Assembly: GCA_017577575.2 (NCBI GenBank)
Contig: PKRG02000008.1
Location: 7,030-71,029, forward strand
Length of the DNA stretch: 64,000 bases
Source of the DNA: Acidimicrobiia bacterium
Lineage (GTDB): Bacteria; Actinomycetota; Acidimicrobiia; Spongiisociales; ZC4RG35
Reading direction: 5' to 3'
Shown here: in pieces, positions 51,464-61,343 of the stretch
Position numbering within the stretch: the first letter of the stretch is position 1
Layout of the letters: each line of letters starts with the position of its first letter
Made by a program: the position numbers and the translations under genes
The notes under the pieces: generated by a model
What the model was told of the DNA's origin: nothing
The model's input: only the letters and a program-made list of their open reading frames with translations
Databases searched by the model: none

Positions 51464-53386
51464 GTGGCAGATAACGCCACTACTCCCAGCCCTTCAGTCG
51501 GTCCCGACGATCAGCCCTCTGCCCGAGTCCAGACCCTCGACCGAGTGGTGATCCGCTTCGCCGGCGACTCCGGTGACGGCATGCAGGTGGCGGGTGCCCG
51601 TTTCACGGCCGCCTCGGCCACCTTCGGCAACGACCTGGCGACGCTGCCGTCGTTCCCGGCCGAGATCCGGGCGCCGGCCGGCACCCTCCCGGGCGTGTCG
51701 TCGTTCCAGGTACAGATCGCCGACTTCGACATCCTCACCGCCGGTGACGCCCCCGACTGCCTGGTGGCGATGAACCCGGCGGCGCTGAAGAAGAACCTGC
51801 CGGACCTCAAGCCGGGCGGCACCGTGATCGTCAACACGGAAGCCTTCGACGAGCGCAACCTCGCCAAGGCGGGCTACGAGACCAACCCGCTCGAGGACGG
51901 GAGCCTCCAGAGCTACCGGTTGATCCAGGTGCCGATGGAGAGCCTCACCAAGGAGGCCGTCAAGGACACCGGCGTTTCGGGCCGCGACGTCCTCCGGTCG
52001 AAGAACTTCTTCGCCCTGGGCCTGCTGGCGTGGCTGTTCAACCGCCCGACGGAGCCCACCATCGAATGGTGTGAGCAGAAGTTCAAGAACAAGCCGGAGG
52101 TGGCGGCCGCCAACATCGCCGCCTTCAAGGCGGGATACAACTTCGGCATCACCACCGACGCCACCCGCGTCACGTTCGAGGTCAAGCCCGCCACCCTGCC
52201 GCCGGGCACGTACACGAACGTCACCGGCAACATCGCCCTCGCCTGGGGCCTGATCGCCGCCGCCCAGGCGGCCGACCTGCCGCTGTTCTACGGCACGTAC
52301 CCGATCACTCCCGCCTCCGACATCCTCCACGAGCTGTCGCGGCACCGCAACTTCGGCGTCAAGACGTTCCAGGCGGAAGACGAGATCGCCGCCATCGGCT
52401 CGACGATCGGCGCCGCCTTCGCCGGCAACCTGGCGGTGACCGGCTCGTCGGGGCCGGGCATCGCCCTGAAGTCGGAGGCGATATCGCTGGCCTTCATGAC
52501 CGAGCTGCCGCTGGTGGTCGTCAACGTGCAGCGGGCCGGACCGTCGACCGGCATGCCGACCAAGCCCGAGCAGTCGGATCTGCTGTTCTCCCTGTACGGG
52601 CGGCACGGCGAGTCCCCGGTGCCGGTGCTGGCGATCGCCTCCCCGTCGGATGCGTTCGACGCCGCCATCGAGGCGGCGCGGATCGCGCTCAAGTACATGA
52701 CGCCGGTGATCCTCCTGTCCGACAACCACATCGCCAACGGCTCGGAGCCGTGGCGTCTGCCGGACGTCGACGAGCTCCCCGACATCTCGGTGCCGTTCGC
52801 CACCGTGCCCAACAGCGAGAAGGGGTTCCTGCCCTACCTGCGCGACTTCGAGACATTCTCCCGGCCGTGGGCGATCCCCGGCACGCCCGGGCTCGAGCAC
52901 CGCATCGGCGGCCTCGAGAAGGAGGCCAACACCGGCAACGTGTCCTACGACCCCGACAACCACCAGCTGATGACCGACAGCCGGGCGTGGAAGGTGGCGA
53001 CCATCGCCAACGACATCCCTCCGGTCGAAGTCGACCAGGCGGGCGACGAGCCCGGCGACCTCCTGATCCTGGGATGGGGGTCCACGTTCGGAGCGATCAA
53101 GGCGGCGGTCCGCCGGGCGCGCAACGCGGGCCACGCCGTCGACCACGCTCACCTGCGGTACCTCAACCCCTTCCCCGCCAACCTGGGCGAGGTGTTGAGA
53201 CGCTACGAACGGATCCTCATCCCCGAGCTGAACAGCGGGCATCTGCTGCGGCTGGTGCGGGCCGAGTTCCTGATCCCGGCGATCGGGCTGAACAAGATCG
53301 CCGGGGAACCGTTCCGGATCGCAGAGATCGAAGCCCGGATCGACGAGATCCTCGGCGAGCCGGCCCAGGTGGCCGCCCGCCGATGA
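51464..53386 (+). CDS. korA: 2-oxoacid:ferredoxin oxidoreductase alpha subunit
   Basis: RFAGDSGDGMQ, YPITPAS, QAEDEIAA, VQRAGPSTG, GWGST. Confidence 0.95.
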   Translation: MADNATTPSPSVGPDDQPSARVQTLDRVVIRFAGDSGDGMQVAGARFTAASATFGNDLATLPSFPAEIRAPAGTLPGVSSFQVQIADFDILTAGDAPDCLVAMNPAALKKNLPDLKPGGTVIVNTEAFDERNLAKAGYETNPLEDGSLQSYRLIQVPMESLTKEAVKDTGVSGRDVLRSKNFFALGLLAWLFNRPTEPTIEWCEQKFKNKPEVAAANIAAFKAGYNFGITTDATRVTFEVKPATLPPGTYTNVTGNIALAWGLIAAAQAADLPLFYGTYPITPASDILHELSRHRNFGVKTFQAEDEIAAIGSTIGAAFAGNLAVTGSSGPGIALKSEAISLAFMTELPLVVVNVQRAGPSTGMPTKPEQSDLLFSLYGRHGESPVPVLAIASPSDAFDAAIEAARIALKYMTPVILLSDNHIANGSEPWRLPDVDELPDISVPFATVPNSEKGFLPYLRDFETFSRPWAIPGTPGLEHRIGGLEKEANTGNVSYDPDNHQLMTDSRAWKVATIANDIPPVEVDQAGDEPGDLLILGWGSTFGAIKAAVRRARNAGHAVDHAHLRYLNPFPANLGEVLRRYERILIPELNSGHLLRLVRAEFLIPAIGLNKIAGEPFRIAEIEARIDEILGEPAQVAARR

Positions 53387-53402
53387 CGACACGGATAGAG
53401 CG

Positions 53403-54476
53403 ATGACAGTCACACACACCAGAGCGGATTTCCAGACCGACCAGGAGGTCAGGTGGTGCCCCGGATGCGGGGACTACACGATCCTCGCCTCCGTCCAGAA
53501 CTTCCTCGCCAGCCTGAACCGGCCGCGTGAGCAGTTCGTGTTCGTGTCGGGCATCGGTTGCTCCTCGAGGTTCCCGTACTACATGAACACCTACGGGATC
53601 CACTCGATCCACGGCCGGGCCCCGGCGGTGGCCACCGGCATCGCCCTGACCCGCCCGGACTTGTCGGTGTGGGTGATCACCGGCGACGGCGACGCGCTGT
53701 CGATCGGCGGCAACCACCTGATCCACGCCATGCGCCGCAACGTCAACCTGAAGATCCTTTTGTTCAACAACCAGATCTACGGGTTGACCAAGGGCCAGTA
53801 CTCGCCGACCTCGGAGCCGGGCAAGAGGACGAAGTCGTCGCCGCACGGCTCGATCGACCATCCGTTCAACCCGATCAGCCTGGCGCTGGGCGCCGAGGCC
53901 ACGTTCGTGGCCCGGACCCTGGACATGGACCGCGAGCACACCACCGAGATCCTCCAGGCCGCCTACGAGCACGAAGGCACCGCCTTCATCGAGATCTACC
54001 AGAACTGCAACGTCTTCAACGACAAGGCGTTCATCCAGCTCACCGGCAAGGAGGAGCGGGTCCACAACCGCATCAACCTGGAGGCCGGCAAGCCGATCAC
54101 GTTCGGCCCCAACGGAGAGAAGGCGGTGGTCCTGGAGGGCGGCGAGGCGAAGATCGTCGACACCGCCGCGGTCGACCCGGGCCGGATCCTCGTCCACGAC
54201 CCGACCCGCTCGGATCCCACCGTGGCCTTCGCCCTGTCCCGGCTGTCGCACGGCCCCTACGGGCCCACCCCGCTGGGCATCTTCCGCAAGGTGCGCCGGC
54301 CCACCTACGAGTCGCTGCTCGACCACCAGGTGGCGACGGCGATCGCCAAGCAGGGCCCGGGTGACCTGGCGACGCTGATCCGCTCCCACGGGACGTGGAC
54401 GGTCGACGCCAACGGCCACGCCGTGGAGGCAGGAGCCAACGGGGCCCCCAAGGCGGGCTCCAACGGCGCCGGCTGA
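53403..54476 (+). CDS. korB: 2-oxoacid:ferredoxin oxidoreductase beta subunit
   Basis: WCPGCGD, SGIGCSSR, HGRA, GDGD TPP motif, NNQIYGLTKGQYSPT. Confidence 0.95.
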   Translation: MTVTHTRADFQTDQEVRWCPGCGDYTILASVQNFLASLNRPREQFVFVSGIGCSSRFPYYMNTYGIHSIHGRAPAVATGIALTRPDLSVWVITGDGDALSIGGNHLIHAMRRNVNLKILLFNNQIYGLTKGQYSPTSEPGKRTKSSPHGSIDHPFNPISLALGAEATFVARTLDMDREHTTEILQAAYEHEGTAFIEIYQNCNVFNDKAFIQLTGKEERVHNRINLEAGKPITFGPNGEKAVVLEGGEAKIVDTAAVDPGRILVHDPTRSDPTVAFALSRLSHGPYGPTPLGIFRKVRRPTYESLLDHQVATAIAKQGPGDLATLIRSHGTWTVDANGHAVEAGANGAPKAGSNGAG

Positions 54477-54480
54477 GCGC

Positions 54481-55506
54481 CTAGGCCCACTCCAACAGGA
54501 CTTTCCCGGACCGGCCCGAGCGGACCACGTCGAACGCGGTCTCGTAGTCCTCGGCGTCGAAGCGGTGGGTGATCACCGCCGAGACGTCGAGGCCGCTCTG
54601 GAGCATCGCCGCCATCTTGTACCAGGTCTCGAAGATGCGCCGACCGTAGATGCCGCGCATGGTGAGGCCCTTGAAGATCACGTCGGCGACGTCGAGGCGG
54701 ATCTCGCCGGAGGGGATCCCGAGGACCGCCACCTTGCCGCCGTGGTTCATGGCGTCGAGGAGCTGGTTGAACGCCTGCTCCGACCCGGACATCTCGAGGC
54801 CGACGTCGAAACCCTCGACCATCCCCAGCTCCGGCATCACCGCCACCGGGTCCTCGGTGCGGGCGTCGACGGTGCGGTCGACTCCCATCCGCGCCGCCAG
54901 CTCCAGCCGGTACGGGTTCACGTCGGTGACGACGACGTATCGGGCGCCGATGTGGCGGACGATGGCCGCCGCCATCACCCCGATCGGGCCGGCGCCGGTG
55001 ATGAGGACGTCCTCACCGACGACGTCGAAGGCCAGGGCGGTGTGGGTGGCGTTGCCGAGCGGGTCGAGCACGGCGGCGACGTCGTCGGGGATGTGGTCGG
55101 GCAGCGGGTACACGTTCTGGGCGGGCAGCACGAGATAGTCGGCGAACGCTCCGGGGCGGCTCACCCCCACCGACTTGTGGCTGTGGCAGAACTCCCTCCG
55201 TCCCGCCCGGCAGTTGCGGCAGTGACCGCAGGTGATGTGGCCTTCACCGGAGACGCGCTCGCCGACGGAGATGCCTTCCACCTCGTCGCCCACCGCGGCC
55301 ACGCGTCCCATGAACTCGTGGCCGACGACGAGCGGCACCGGGATGGTGGAGCGGGCCCACTCGTCCCATTCGTAGATGTGCAGGTCGGTTCCACAGATCG
55401 AAGTCTTCTCGACCCGGATGAGGACGTCGTTGCGGCCGATCTCCGGCTCGGGGACGTCTTCCATCCACAGCCCCGGCTCCCCCTTCGCCTTGACCAGCGC
55501 CCTCAT
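54481..55506 (-). CDS. tdh: L-threonine 3-dehydrogenase
   Basis: [40 protein letters not shown]. Confidence 0.96.
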   Translation of the reverse strand: MRALVKAKGEPGLWMEDVPEPEIGRNDVLIRVEKTSICGTDLHIYEWDEWARSTIPVPLVVGHEFMGRVAAVGDEVEGISVGERVSGEGHITCGHCRNCRAGRREFCHSHKSVGVSRPGAFADYLVLPAQNVYPLPDHIPDDVAAVLDPLGNATHTALAFDVVGEDVLITGAGPIGVMAAAIVRHIGARYVVVTDVNPYRLELAARMGVDRTVDARTEDPVAVMPELGMVEGFDVGLEMSGSEQAFNQLLDAMNHGGKVAVLGIPSGEIRLDVADVIFKGLTMRGIYGRRIFETWYKMAAMLQSGLDVSAVITHRFDAEDYETAFDVVRSGRSGKVLLEWA

Positions 55507-56693
55507 CGGATCACGCCCAGCTCTCGGCCGACCTTCGTGAACGCCTCCACCGCCCGGTCGATGTCCTCGGGCTCGTGGGCGGCGGACATCTGGGTGCGGA
55601 TCCGCGCCTGGCCCCGGGGCACCACCGGGTACGAGAAGCCGATCACGTATATGCCCTCGTCGAGGAGGGCCGACGCCATCTCGGTGGCGAGGCGGGCGTC
55701 GCCCACCATCACCGGGATGATCGGATGGTCGGCTCCGGCGAGCCGGAACCCGGCTTCGGTCATGCCCCGGCGGAAGCGGGCGGCGTTGTCGGCGAGGCGG
55801 CGACGCAGCTCGTCGGACCCGGCGAGCAGGTCGAGGGCGGCGAGTGACGTGGCGGCTATGACCGGCGCCAGGCTGTTGGAGAACAGGTATGGCCGGGAGC
55901 GCTGGCGCAGCCAGGCGATGATCTCCTTGCGCCCCGAGGTGTATCCGCCGGACGCCCCGCCCAGCGCCTTGCCGAGCGTGCCGGTCAGGATGTCCACCCG
56001 GTCCCGAGTGCCGGTGAGCTCGGGGGTGCCGCCTCCCTTCTCCCCCACGAATCCGACGGCGTGGGAGTCGTCGACCATGACCAGGGCGTCGTAGCGGTCG
56101 GCGAGCTCGCAGATGGACGGCAGGTCGGCGATGACCCCGTCCATGGAGAAGACGCCGTCGGTGGCGATCAGCCGATGGCGGGCGCCTTGGGCCTCCTTGA
56201 GGCACCGCTCCAGGTCGGCCATGTCGTTGTTGGCGTACCGGAACCTCTGCGCCTTGCACAGCCGGATCCCGTCGATGATCGACGCGTGGTTGAGCTCGTC
56301 GGAGATGACGGCGTCGTTTTCGTCGAGGATGGTCTCGAACAGGCCGGTGTTGGCGTCGAAGCACGACGAGTACAGGATCGTGTCCTCGGTTCCCAGGAAC
56401 TCCGAGATCCGCTCCTCGAGGCGACGGTGGACGGTCTGGGTTCCGCAGATGAACCGCACCGACGCCATCCCGTAGCCGAAGTCGTCCAGCGCCTGCTTGG
56501 CGGCTTCGACCAGGGCGGGGTGGTCGGCCAGCCCCAGGTAGTTGTTGGCGCAGAAGTTGAGGACCTCTCTCCCGTCCTCGAGGCGGATCCGCGCCCCCTG
56601 GGGGGAGGCGATGACGCGTTCTTCCTTGTACAGGCCTTCGGCCCGCAGTTCTTCCATGCGGGCAGCGAGATCATCGGTCAGGTGTCTGGACAC
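55503..56693 (-). CDS. kbl: Glycine C-acetyltransferase (2-amino-3-ketobutyrate CoA ligase)
   Basis: [43 protein letters not shown]. Confidence 0.97.
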   Translation of the reverse strand: MSRHLTDDLAARMEELRAEGLYKEERVIASPQGARIRLEDGREVLNFCANNYLGLADHPALVEAAKQALDDFGYGMASVRFICGTQTVHRRLEERISEFLGTEDTILYSSCFDANTGLFETILDENDAVISDELNHASIIDGIRLCKAQRFRYANNDMADLERCLKEAQGARHRLIATDGVFSMDGVIADLPSICELADRYDALVMVDDSHAVGFVGEKGGGTPELTGTRDRVDILTGTLGKALGGASGGYTSGRKEIIAWLRQRSRPYLFSNSLAPVIAATSLAALDLLAGSDELRRRLADNAARFRRGMTEAGFRLAGADHPIIPVMVGDARLATEMASALLDEGIYVIGFSYPVVPRGQARIRTQMSAAHEPEDIDRAVEAFTKVGRELGVIR

Positions 56694-56765
56694 GGCGAAT
56701 CGGGCTCCCCTCGACTGGTGTCATCTGACGGTAACGGCGTCGGCCGATGGATGTGATGTCCTCCA

Positions 56766-57335
56766 TCAGGCCGGGTTCAGGAACGACCAGATCGTCTCCA
56801 CGAGCTCCTCGCGGCCCATCGGCCCGGATGGGTCGTACCAACGCTCCAGGGCGTTGAGGATGGACAGCACGAAGATGCCGGCCATCTTGGGGTCTGTCCG
56901 CCAGCGGAGCGATCCGTCTTCGATGCCCTGGCGGATGGCGTCGCGGAACTCCGCCTCGTACGAGTCGCGGGCGGCGAGGATTCGGCCTCGGTGCTCTCCG
57001 TTGAGGAAGCGCGCCTCGTTGAGGAAGGTCTTGACCTCGTCGAGGTTGTCGACGACGACGTCGACGTGGCCGGCGATGAGCCTCCGCAGCCGCTCCGCGC
57101 CGGTGCCGCCGGCGGCGCGGGCCGCCTCGGCCGACTCGGCGAAGAGCCGCGCCCCTTTCTCCACGACCTCGACGAGCAGGTCCTCTTTGGAGGTGACGTG
57201 CGAGTACAGGGACGAGCCGAGCAGGCCGAGCTCCTGGCCCAGGTCACGCATCGAGGTGCCGTGGTAGCCGCGCTGTGCGAACAGTCGCCCGGCGGCGGCG
57301 ATGACGTCCTCTCGGGTGTTGCGGGTCGAGGTCAT
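56766..57335 (-). CDS. paaR: TetR-family regulator, probably PaaR
   Basis: HTH FAQRGYHGTSMRDL...LYSHVTSKEDLL; last gene of the paa cluster. Confidence 0.78.
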   Translation of the reverse strand: MTSTRNTREDVIAAAGRLFAQRGYHGTSMRDLGQELGLLGSSLYSHVTSKEDLLVEVVEKGARLFAESAEAARAAGGTGAERLRRLIAGHVDVVVDNLDEVKTFLNEARFLNGEHRGRILAARDSYEAEFRDAIRQGIEDGSLRWRTDPKMAGIFVLSILNALERWYDPSGPMGREELVETIWSFLNPA

Positions 57336-57342
57336 CGGCGCC

Positions 57343-58410
57343 TCACACGTCGTAGTCCACCGAGATCTCGTCCGATGTGGGGTGCGCCTGGCAGGTGAGG
57401 ATGTAGCCGGCCTGGAGCTCCGACTCGACGAGGGCGTAGTTCTTGGTCATCTCGACGTCCCCGGTGACGAGCCGGGCCTTGCACGAGGCGCACATCCCGC
57501 CCTTGCACGAGAACGGCAGCTCGGAGCGCACCCGCAGGGCGGCGTCGAGCACGGACATCTCCGGGTCCATGCGCGTCTCGGTGGTCCTCCCGCCCAGCTT
57601 GACTCGCAGCGACACCGAGCCTTCCGCCTCCTCGGGGGCGATCAGCGTCGAAGGGTCCACCGGGCCGGCGAAGAACAGCTCGTCGTGGATGTCCTCTGGG
57701 GGGACTCCCCTGCGGGCGAGCACCTCCCGGGCGGTCTGCACCATCCCGTAGGGGCCGCACAGGAACCATTCGTCGATGCGGTCGGCGGGGACGACGGTGC
57801 CGAAGAACCTCTCGAGCCGGTCGGCGTCGATGCGCCCGGCGTATAGGTCGATGTCGGGGTACTCCCGGCTGAGGACGTGGATCAGGTGGAGCCGGTCGGG
57901 GTACTTGTCCTTCAGCCCCTGCACTTCGTCGAAGAACATGATCGAGTCCGCTCGCCGGTTCCCGAAGATCAGCGTCCAGCGGCTCCTCGGCTCCGACTCG
58001 AGGGTGGTCGACATCAGCGACAGCACGGGGGTGATGCCCGAGCCGGCGGCGATCGCCCCGTAGTGGCGGCTCCTCTGCGGGTCGGGAGTGATGGTGAACT
58101 CTCCCACCGGGGGCATGACCTCGACCATGTCGCCCGGCTGGAGCTTTTCGGTCACCCACGTCGAGAACACGCCGCCCGGCAGCCGTTTCACCCCCACGCG
58201 GAGGGTCCCGGAGTTGGCGTTGGCGCACACCGAGTAGCTGCGGCGGACGTCGCGTCCGTCGATCTCGGCACGCAGGGTCACGTGCTGGCCGGGCAGGTAC
58301 CGGAAGCGGGGCGCCAGGTCGTCGGGCACGTCGAAGGTGACGGCGACGGCGTCGTCGGTGAGCGGCTCGACCGCCGCCACCCGAAGGGGGTGGAACTCGA
58401 CCGTCGTCAT
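57343..58410 (-). CDS. paaE: Phenylacetyl-CoA epoxidase reductase subunit
   Basis: RRSYS FAD motif, AGSGITP, LCGP, C-terminal 2Fe-2S CKGGMCASC...C. Confidence 0.94.
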   Translation of the reverse strand: MTTVEFHPLRVAAVEPLTDDAVAVTFDVPDDLAPRFRYLPGQHVTLRAEIDGRDVRRSYSVCANANSGTLRVGVKRLPGGVFSTWVTEKLQPGDMVEVMPPVGEFTITPDPQRSRHYGAIAAGSGITPVLSLMSTTLESEPRSRWTLIFGNRRADSIMFFDEVQGLKDKYPDRLHLIHVLSREYPDIDLYAGRIDADRLERFFGTVVPADRIDEWFLCGPYGMVQTAREVLARRGVPPEDIHDELFFAGPVDPSTLIAPEEAEGSVSLRVKLGGRTTETRMDPEMSVLDAALRVRSELPFSCKGGMCASCKARLVTGDVEMTKNYALVESELQAGYILTCQAHPTSDEISVDYDV

Positions 58411-58881
58411 TCAGAGCTCCTTGAAGTGGTCGAACGGCTCGCCGCAGGAGTCGCAGACCCGCAACGCCTTGCAGGCGGTGGACCCGAACTCGGACACCAC
58501 GCGGGTCGAGGCGCCGCGGCAGCGGGGACAGAGGATCGGGCCGTCTGCGGCCAGGAGGCGGCGGGGCGGGGCGATGCCGTGGGCTTCGAGCTTGCGCCGG
58601 CCCTCAGAGGTGATGTCGTCGGTGGACCACGGCGGGGAGAACACCGTCCGCACCTCGGCCCGGTGGTAGCCGGCCGACCGGAGGGCGTCGAGGATCGAGT
58701 CCCGGATCACCTCGGTGGCCGGGCACCCGGAGTAGGTGGGGGTGACGGTGACGATGACGGCGCCGGTGTCGTCGACGTCGACCCGGCGCAGGATCCCCAG
58801 GTCCTCGATGGTGACGAAGGGCAGCTCGGGGTCGGCGACGGAGGCGACGACTCGGACGGCGTCTTCTGTGGTGGTCACCAT
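58411..58881 (-). CDS. paaD: Phenylacetyl-CoA epoxidase subunit D
   Basis: DPELP, TPTYSGCPA, CPRC, FGSTACKAL..C..C.EPFDHFK. Confidence 0.94.
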   Translation of the reverse strand: MVTTTEDAVRVVASVADPELPFVTIEDLGILRRVDVDDTGAVIVTVTPTYSGCPATEVIRDSILDALRSAGYHRAEVRTVFSPPWSTDDITSEGRRKLEAHGIAPPRRLLAADGPILCPRCRGASTRVVSEFGSTACKALRVCDSCGEPFDHFKEL

Positions 58882-59669
58882 CGCAGCCCCGGATAGGTAC
58901 GCTCCATCCACTGCATCTCGGCGAGCAGGTGGCCGAGGTGCTCGCCGTGGAACCCGACCCTGCCGCCGGTGCGCACGTAGTCGTCGTCGGGCCGCTCGAG
59001 CCCCGCCTCGGCGAACACGGCTTCGATCGTGTCGTCCCAGGCGGGCCGAAGCGACGCCGGGTCCACCCCGATGCCGGCTTCCACCATCGCCTCTTCGACG
59101 TCGTCGCCCATGAACATCTCTCCCGTGTAGCGCCACAGTCGATCCACGGCGGCCTGCATGCGCCGGTGGGACTCCTCGGTGCCGTCGCCGAGACGCACGA
59201 CCCACGTGGAGGAGTGGCGCAGGTGGTACTTGGCTTCCTTTAGGGCCTTCTGGGCGATCCCCGCCAGGGTGGGATCGTTGGACGACGACAGGGCCTGCCA
59301 CAACGGGACCTGCCAGGCGTCGATGAAGAGTTGGCGGGCCATGGTGTGGGCGAAGTCGCCGTTGGGCTGCTCACAGAGGATCAGGTTGAGGAACTCCCGC
59401 TCGGTGCGCCGCATCGCCAGCGCGTCCTCGTCGCGCCCTCGGCCCTCCACCTCGCCGGCATGGGTCAGGAGGTTGCGGGCCACCCCCAGGTGATCGAGGG
59501 CGATGTTGGCCAAGGCGATGTCCTCTTCGAGGTCCGGCGCCCGGCTGATCCACTCGCCCAGCCGCTGGGCGAGGACCAGGTTGTCGTCGCCCAGCCGGAG
59601 CAGATAGGCGAAGTGCGGCTCGAGCGCCAGCGGGGGTGTTCCCTGCGGAGGCCCGGAGACGATCACCAC
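58875..59669 (-). CDS. paaC: Phenylacetyl-CoA epoxidase subunit C
   Basis: LRLGDDNLVL, APDLEEDIALANIALD, EQPNGDFA, LGDGTEESH, EMQ. Confidence 0.95.
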   Translation of the reverse strand: MVIVSGPPQGTPPLALEPHFAYLLRLGDDNLVLAQRLGEWISRAPDLEEDIALANIALDHLGVARNLLTHAGEVEGRGRDEDALAMRRTEREFLNLILCEQPNGDFAHTMARQLFIDAWQVPLWQALSSSNDPTLAGIAQKALKEAKYHLRHSSTWVVRLGDGTEESHRRMQAAVDRLWRYTGEMFMGDDVEEAMVEAGIGVDPASLRPAWDDTIEAVFAEAGLERPDDDYVRTGGRVGFHGEHLGHLLAEMQWMERTYPGLRW

Positions 59670-59706
59670 GCTGCCCTCCGGCGCGTCAGGCTCGCACCAC
59701 CCCGGC

Positions 59707-60042
59707 TCACATCTGCCCCACTTCCTCGGGGATCTCGTAGTGGGTGGCGTGGCGGTACTCCTTGGCGGAGGCTTCGTAGTAGTCCATCGCCTCCTCCGGC
59801 TCGAAGGAGCTGATTGCCGCCGACGGCACCACCCAGATGCTCACACCCTCCTGGCGACGGGTGTAGACGTCCCGGGCCGCCTGGAGCGCGGTCTCGGCGT
59901 CGGGGGCGTGGAGGGATCCGCAGTGGACGTGGGAGAGCCCTCGCCGCTGGCGCACGAACACCTCCCACAGCGGGAACCCGTCTTCGGTGTCGGAAGAGGT
60001 GGCGAACTCCTCGCCTTCGATGCGGGGCACCTCGTAGGTCAT
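59707..60042 (-). CDS. paaB: Phenylacetyl-CoA epoxidase subunit B
   Basis: [34 protein letters not shown]. Confidence 0.95.
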   Translation of the reverse strand: MTYEVPRIEGEEFATSSDTEDGFPLWEVFVRQRRGLSHVHCGSLHAPDAETALQAARDVYTRRQEGVSIWVVPSAAISSFEPEEAMDYYEASAKEYRHATHYEIPEEVGQM

Positions 60043-60986
60043 ACCGCCACCTTCCTCTGGCGCTGCTTCGCCTCGTAGGCGAGGGCCGCCTCTCGCACCC
60101 AGGCGTTCTCCTCCCACGCCCTCACCTTGTGCTCGAGGCGCTCCCGGTTCATGGGGCCGTTGCCTTTGACGACGTCCCAGAACTCGTCCCAGTCGATCTG
60201 GCCGAAGTCGTAGTGGCCACGCTCCTCGTTCCACCTGAGGTCCGGATCCGGGAGGGTGAGGCCGAGGTACTCGGCTTGCGGGACGGTCATGTCGACGAAC
60301 TGCTGGCGGAGGTCGTCGTTGGAGACCCGCTTGATCTTCCACGCCATCGACTGCTCGGTGTGGGTGGAGTCGGTATCGGGCGGGCCGAACATCATCAAAG
60401 CGGGCCACCACCAGCGGTTGACGGCGTCCTGGGCCATCGCCTTCTGCTCCTCGGTGCCCCGGCACAGGGCGAGCAGGATCTCGTAGCCCTGGCGCTGATG
60501 GAAGGACTCCTCTTTGCAGATCCGCACCATGGCCCGGGCGTATGGGCCGTAGGAGCAACGGGTGAGCATCACCTGGTTGGTGATGGCGGCGCCGTCGACG
60601 AGCCAGCCGATGGCGCCGACGTCGGCCCAGGTGAGCGTCGGGTAGTTGAAGATCGACGAGTACTTGTGCTTTCCCTGGTGGAGCAGGTCGACCAGCTCGT
60701 GACGGGAGACGCCCAGCGTCTCGGCCGCCGAGTACAGGTAGAGGCCGTGGCCGGCTTCGTCCTGCACCTTGGCCATGAGGATCGCCTTGCGGCGAAGGGT
60801 GGGAGCCCGGGTGATCCAGTTGCCTTCCGGCTGCATGCCGATCACCTCGGAGTGGGCGTGCTGGGCGATCTGGCGGATCAGGGTCTTGCGGTAGCCGTCC
60901 GGCATCCAGTCGGTCGGCTCGATCTTCTCGTCGCGGTCGATGAGCTCCTGGAAGCGTGTCTCGTCCCGGGTGGGTGCGGCGGTCAT
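60039..60986 (-). CDS. paaA: Phenylacetyl-CoA epoxidase subunit A
   Basis: [39 protein letters not shown]. Confidence 0.97.
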   Translation of the reverse strand: MTAAPTRDETRFQELIDRDEKIEPTDWMPDGYRKTLIRQIAQHAHSEVIGMQPEGNWITRAPTLRRKAILMAKVQDEAGHGLYLYSAAETLGVSRHELVDLLHQGKHKYSSIFNYPTLTWADVGAIGWLVDGAAITNQVMLTRCSYGPYARAMVRICKEESFHQRQGYEILLALCRGTEEQKAMAQDAVNRWWWPALMMFGPPDTDSTHTEQSMAWKIKRVSNDDLRQQFVDMTVPQAEYLGLTLPDPDLRWNEERGHYDFGQIDWDEFWDVVKGNGPMNRERLEHKVRAWEENAWVREAALAYEAKQRQRKVAV

Positions 60987-60992
60987 GCCGCC

Positions 60993-61022
60993 ACTCTATA
61001 CCAACGAACGTTCGTTTGTAAA
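60993..61022 (-). promoter_or_regulatory. paaA promoter (TTTACA-N18-TAGAGT) with a palindromic PaaR-type operator in the spacer
   Basis: Perfect 14-bp palindrome AACGAACGTTCGTT at 61003-61016 between -35 (61022-61017) and -10 (60998-60993); ATG lies 6 nt after the -10. Confidence 0.78.
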
Positions 61023-61259
61023 GAGGATGTGGCTCACGGCGAGCCCGATTCCCGCCCGGGCGGCGACCCGGTTGACGGAGTCGGCGGCGAGCCGCTGGAG
61101 CACCTCGGGGGGCGTCATCGGGTTGGAGGCCACGGCGAGGCGTACGTCGGGATCGGGATCGGCGGCCAGCAACTCGAGGACGTGTGGGCTGACGTCGGGC
61201 CGATGGGCGGCGCTGCGCCGGACGTGGGGCGGTATGCGGGCGAGATCGATCCGGTCCAT
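60996..61259 (-). CDS. Small LRV/HEAT-like repeat protein
   Basis: GGAGG RBS; repeats VRRSAA...VLELLAADPDPDVRLAVASNPMTPPEVLQRLAAD. Confidence 0.7.
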   Translation of the reverse strand: MDRIDLARIPPHVRRSAAHRPDVSPHVLELLAADPDPDVRLAVASNPMTPPEVLQRLAADSVNRVAARAGIGLAVSHILFTNERSLV

Positions 61260-61280
61260 CGGCACCTCCATGTGGATGTT

Positions 61281-61308
61281 CAGACGTCTCCCGAGCGCCG
61301 GTGGTTCC
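61281..61308 (-). promoter_or_regulatory. Putative ECF-sigma promoter GGAACC-N16-CGTCTG for the LRV-like gene
   Basis: Minus strand: GGAACC 61308-61303, 16-nt spacer, CGTCTG 61286-61281. Confidence 0.55.
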
Positions 61309-61313
61309 CGGGA

Positions 61314-61335
61314 TGTCGGAGCGCGCCCGTATGCT
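61314..61335 (+). promoter_or_regulatory. PafBC/RecA-NDp-type promoter TGTCGG-N10-TATGCT
   Basis: TGTCGG 61314-61319, N10, TATGCT 61330-61335, 8 nt before the helicase GTG. Confidence 0.72.
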
Positions 61336-61343
61336 CGGGAGCC

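Noticed and set aside
56694-56765. Possible riboswitch or leader peptide upstream of kbl
   Set aside because: Only a short GATGGA/TCCATC hairpin and a -10 candidate; too short for a glycine riboswitch, and the small ORF is not Thr/Gly-rich
59663-59710. 15-codon mini-ORF bridging the paaB stop and paaC start
   Set aside because: paaC has its own GGAGG SD; such short ORFs arise by chance and nothing supports translation
61003-61016. Palindrome as a LexA SOS box
   Set aside because: The actinobacterial SOS box needs GAAC-N4-GTTC; here the spacer is zero and the site fits PaaR at the paaA promoter
59814-61343. 1288-aa ORF suggesting a giant helicase
   Set aside because: The first ~510 codons are antisense to paaA/paaB and the LRV-like gene; promoter spacing supports GTG 61344
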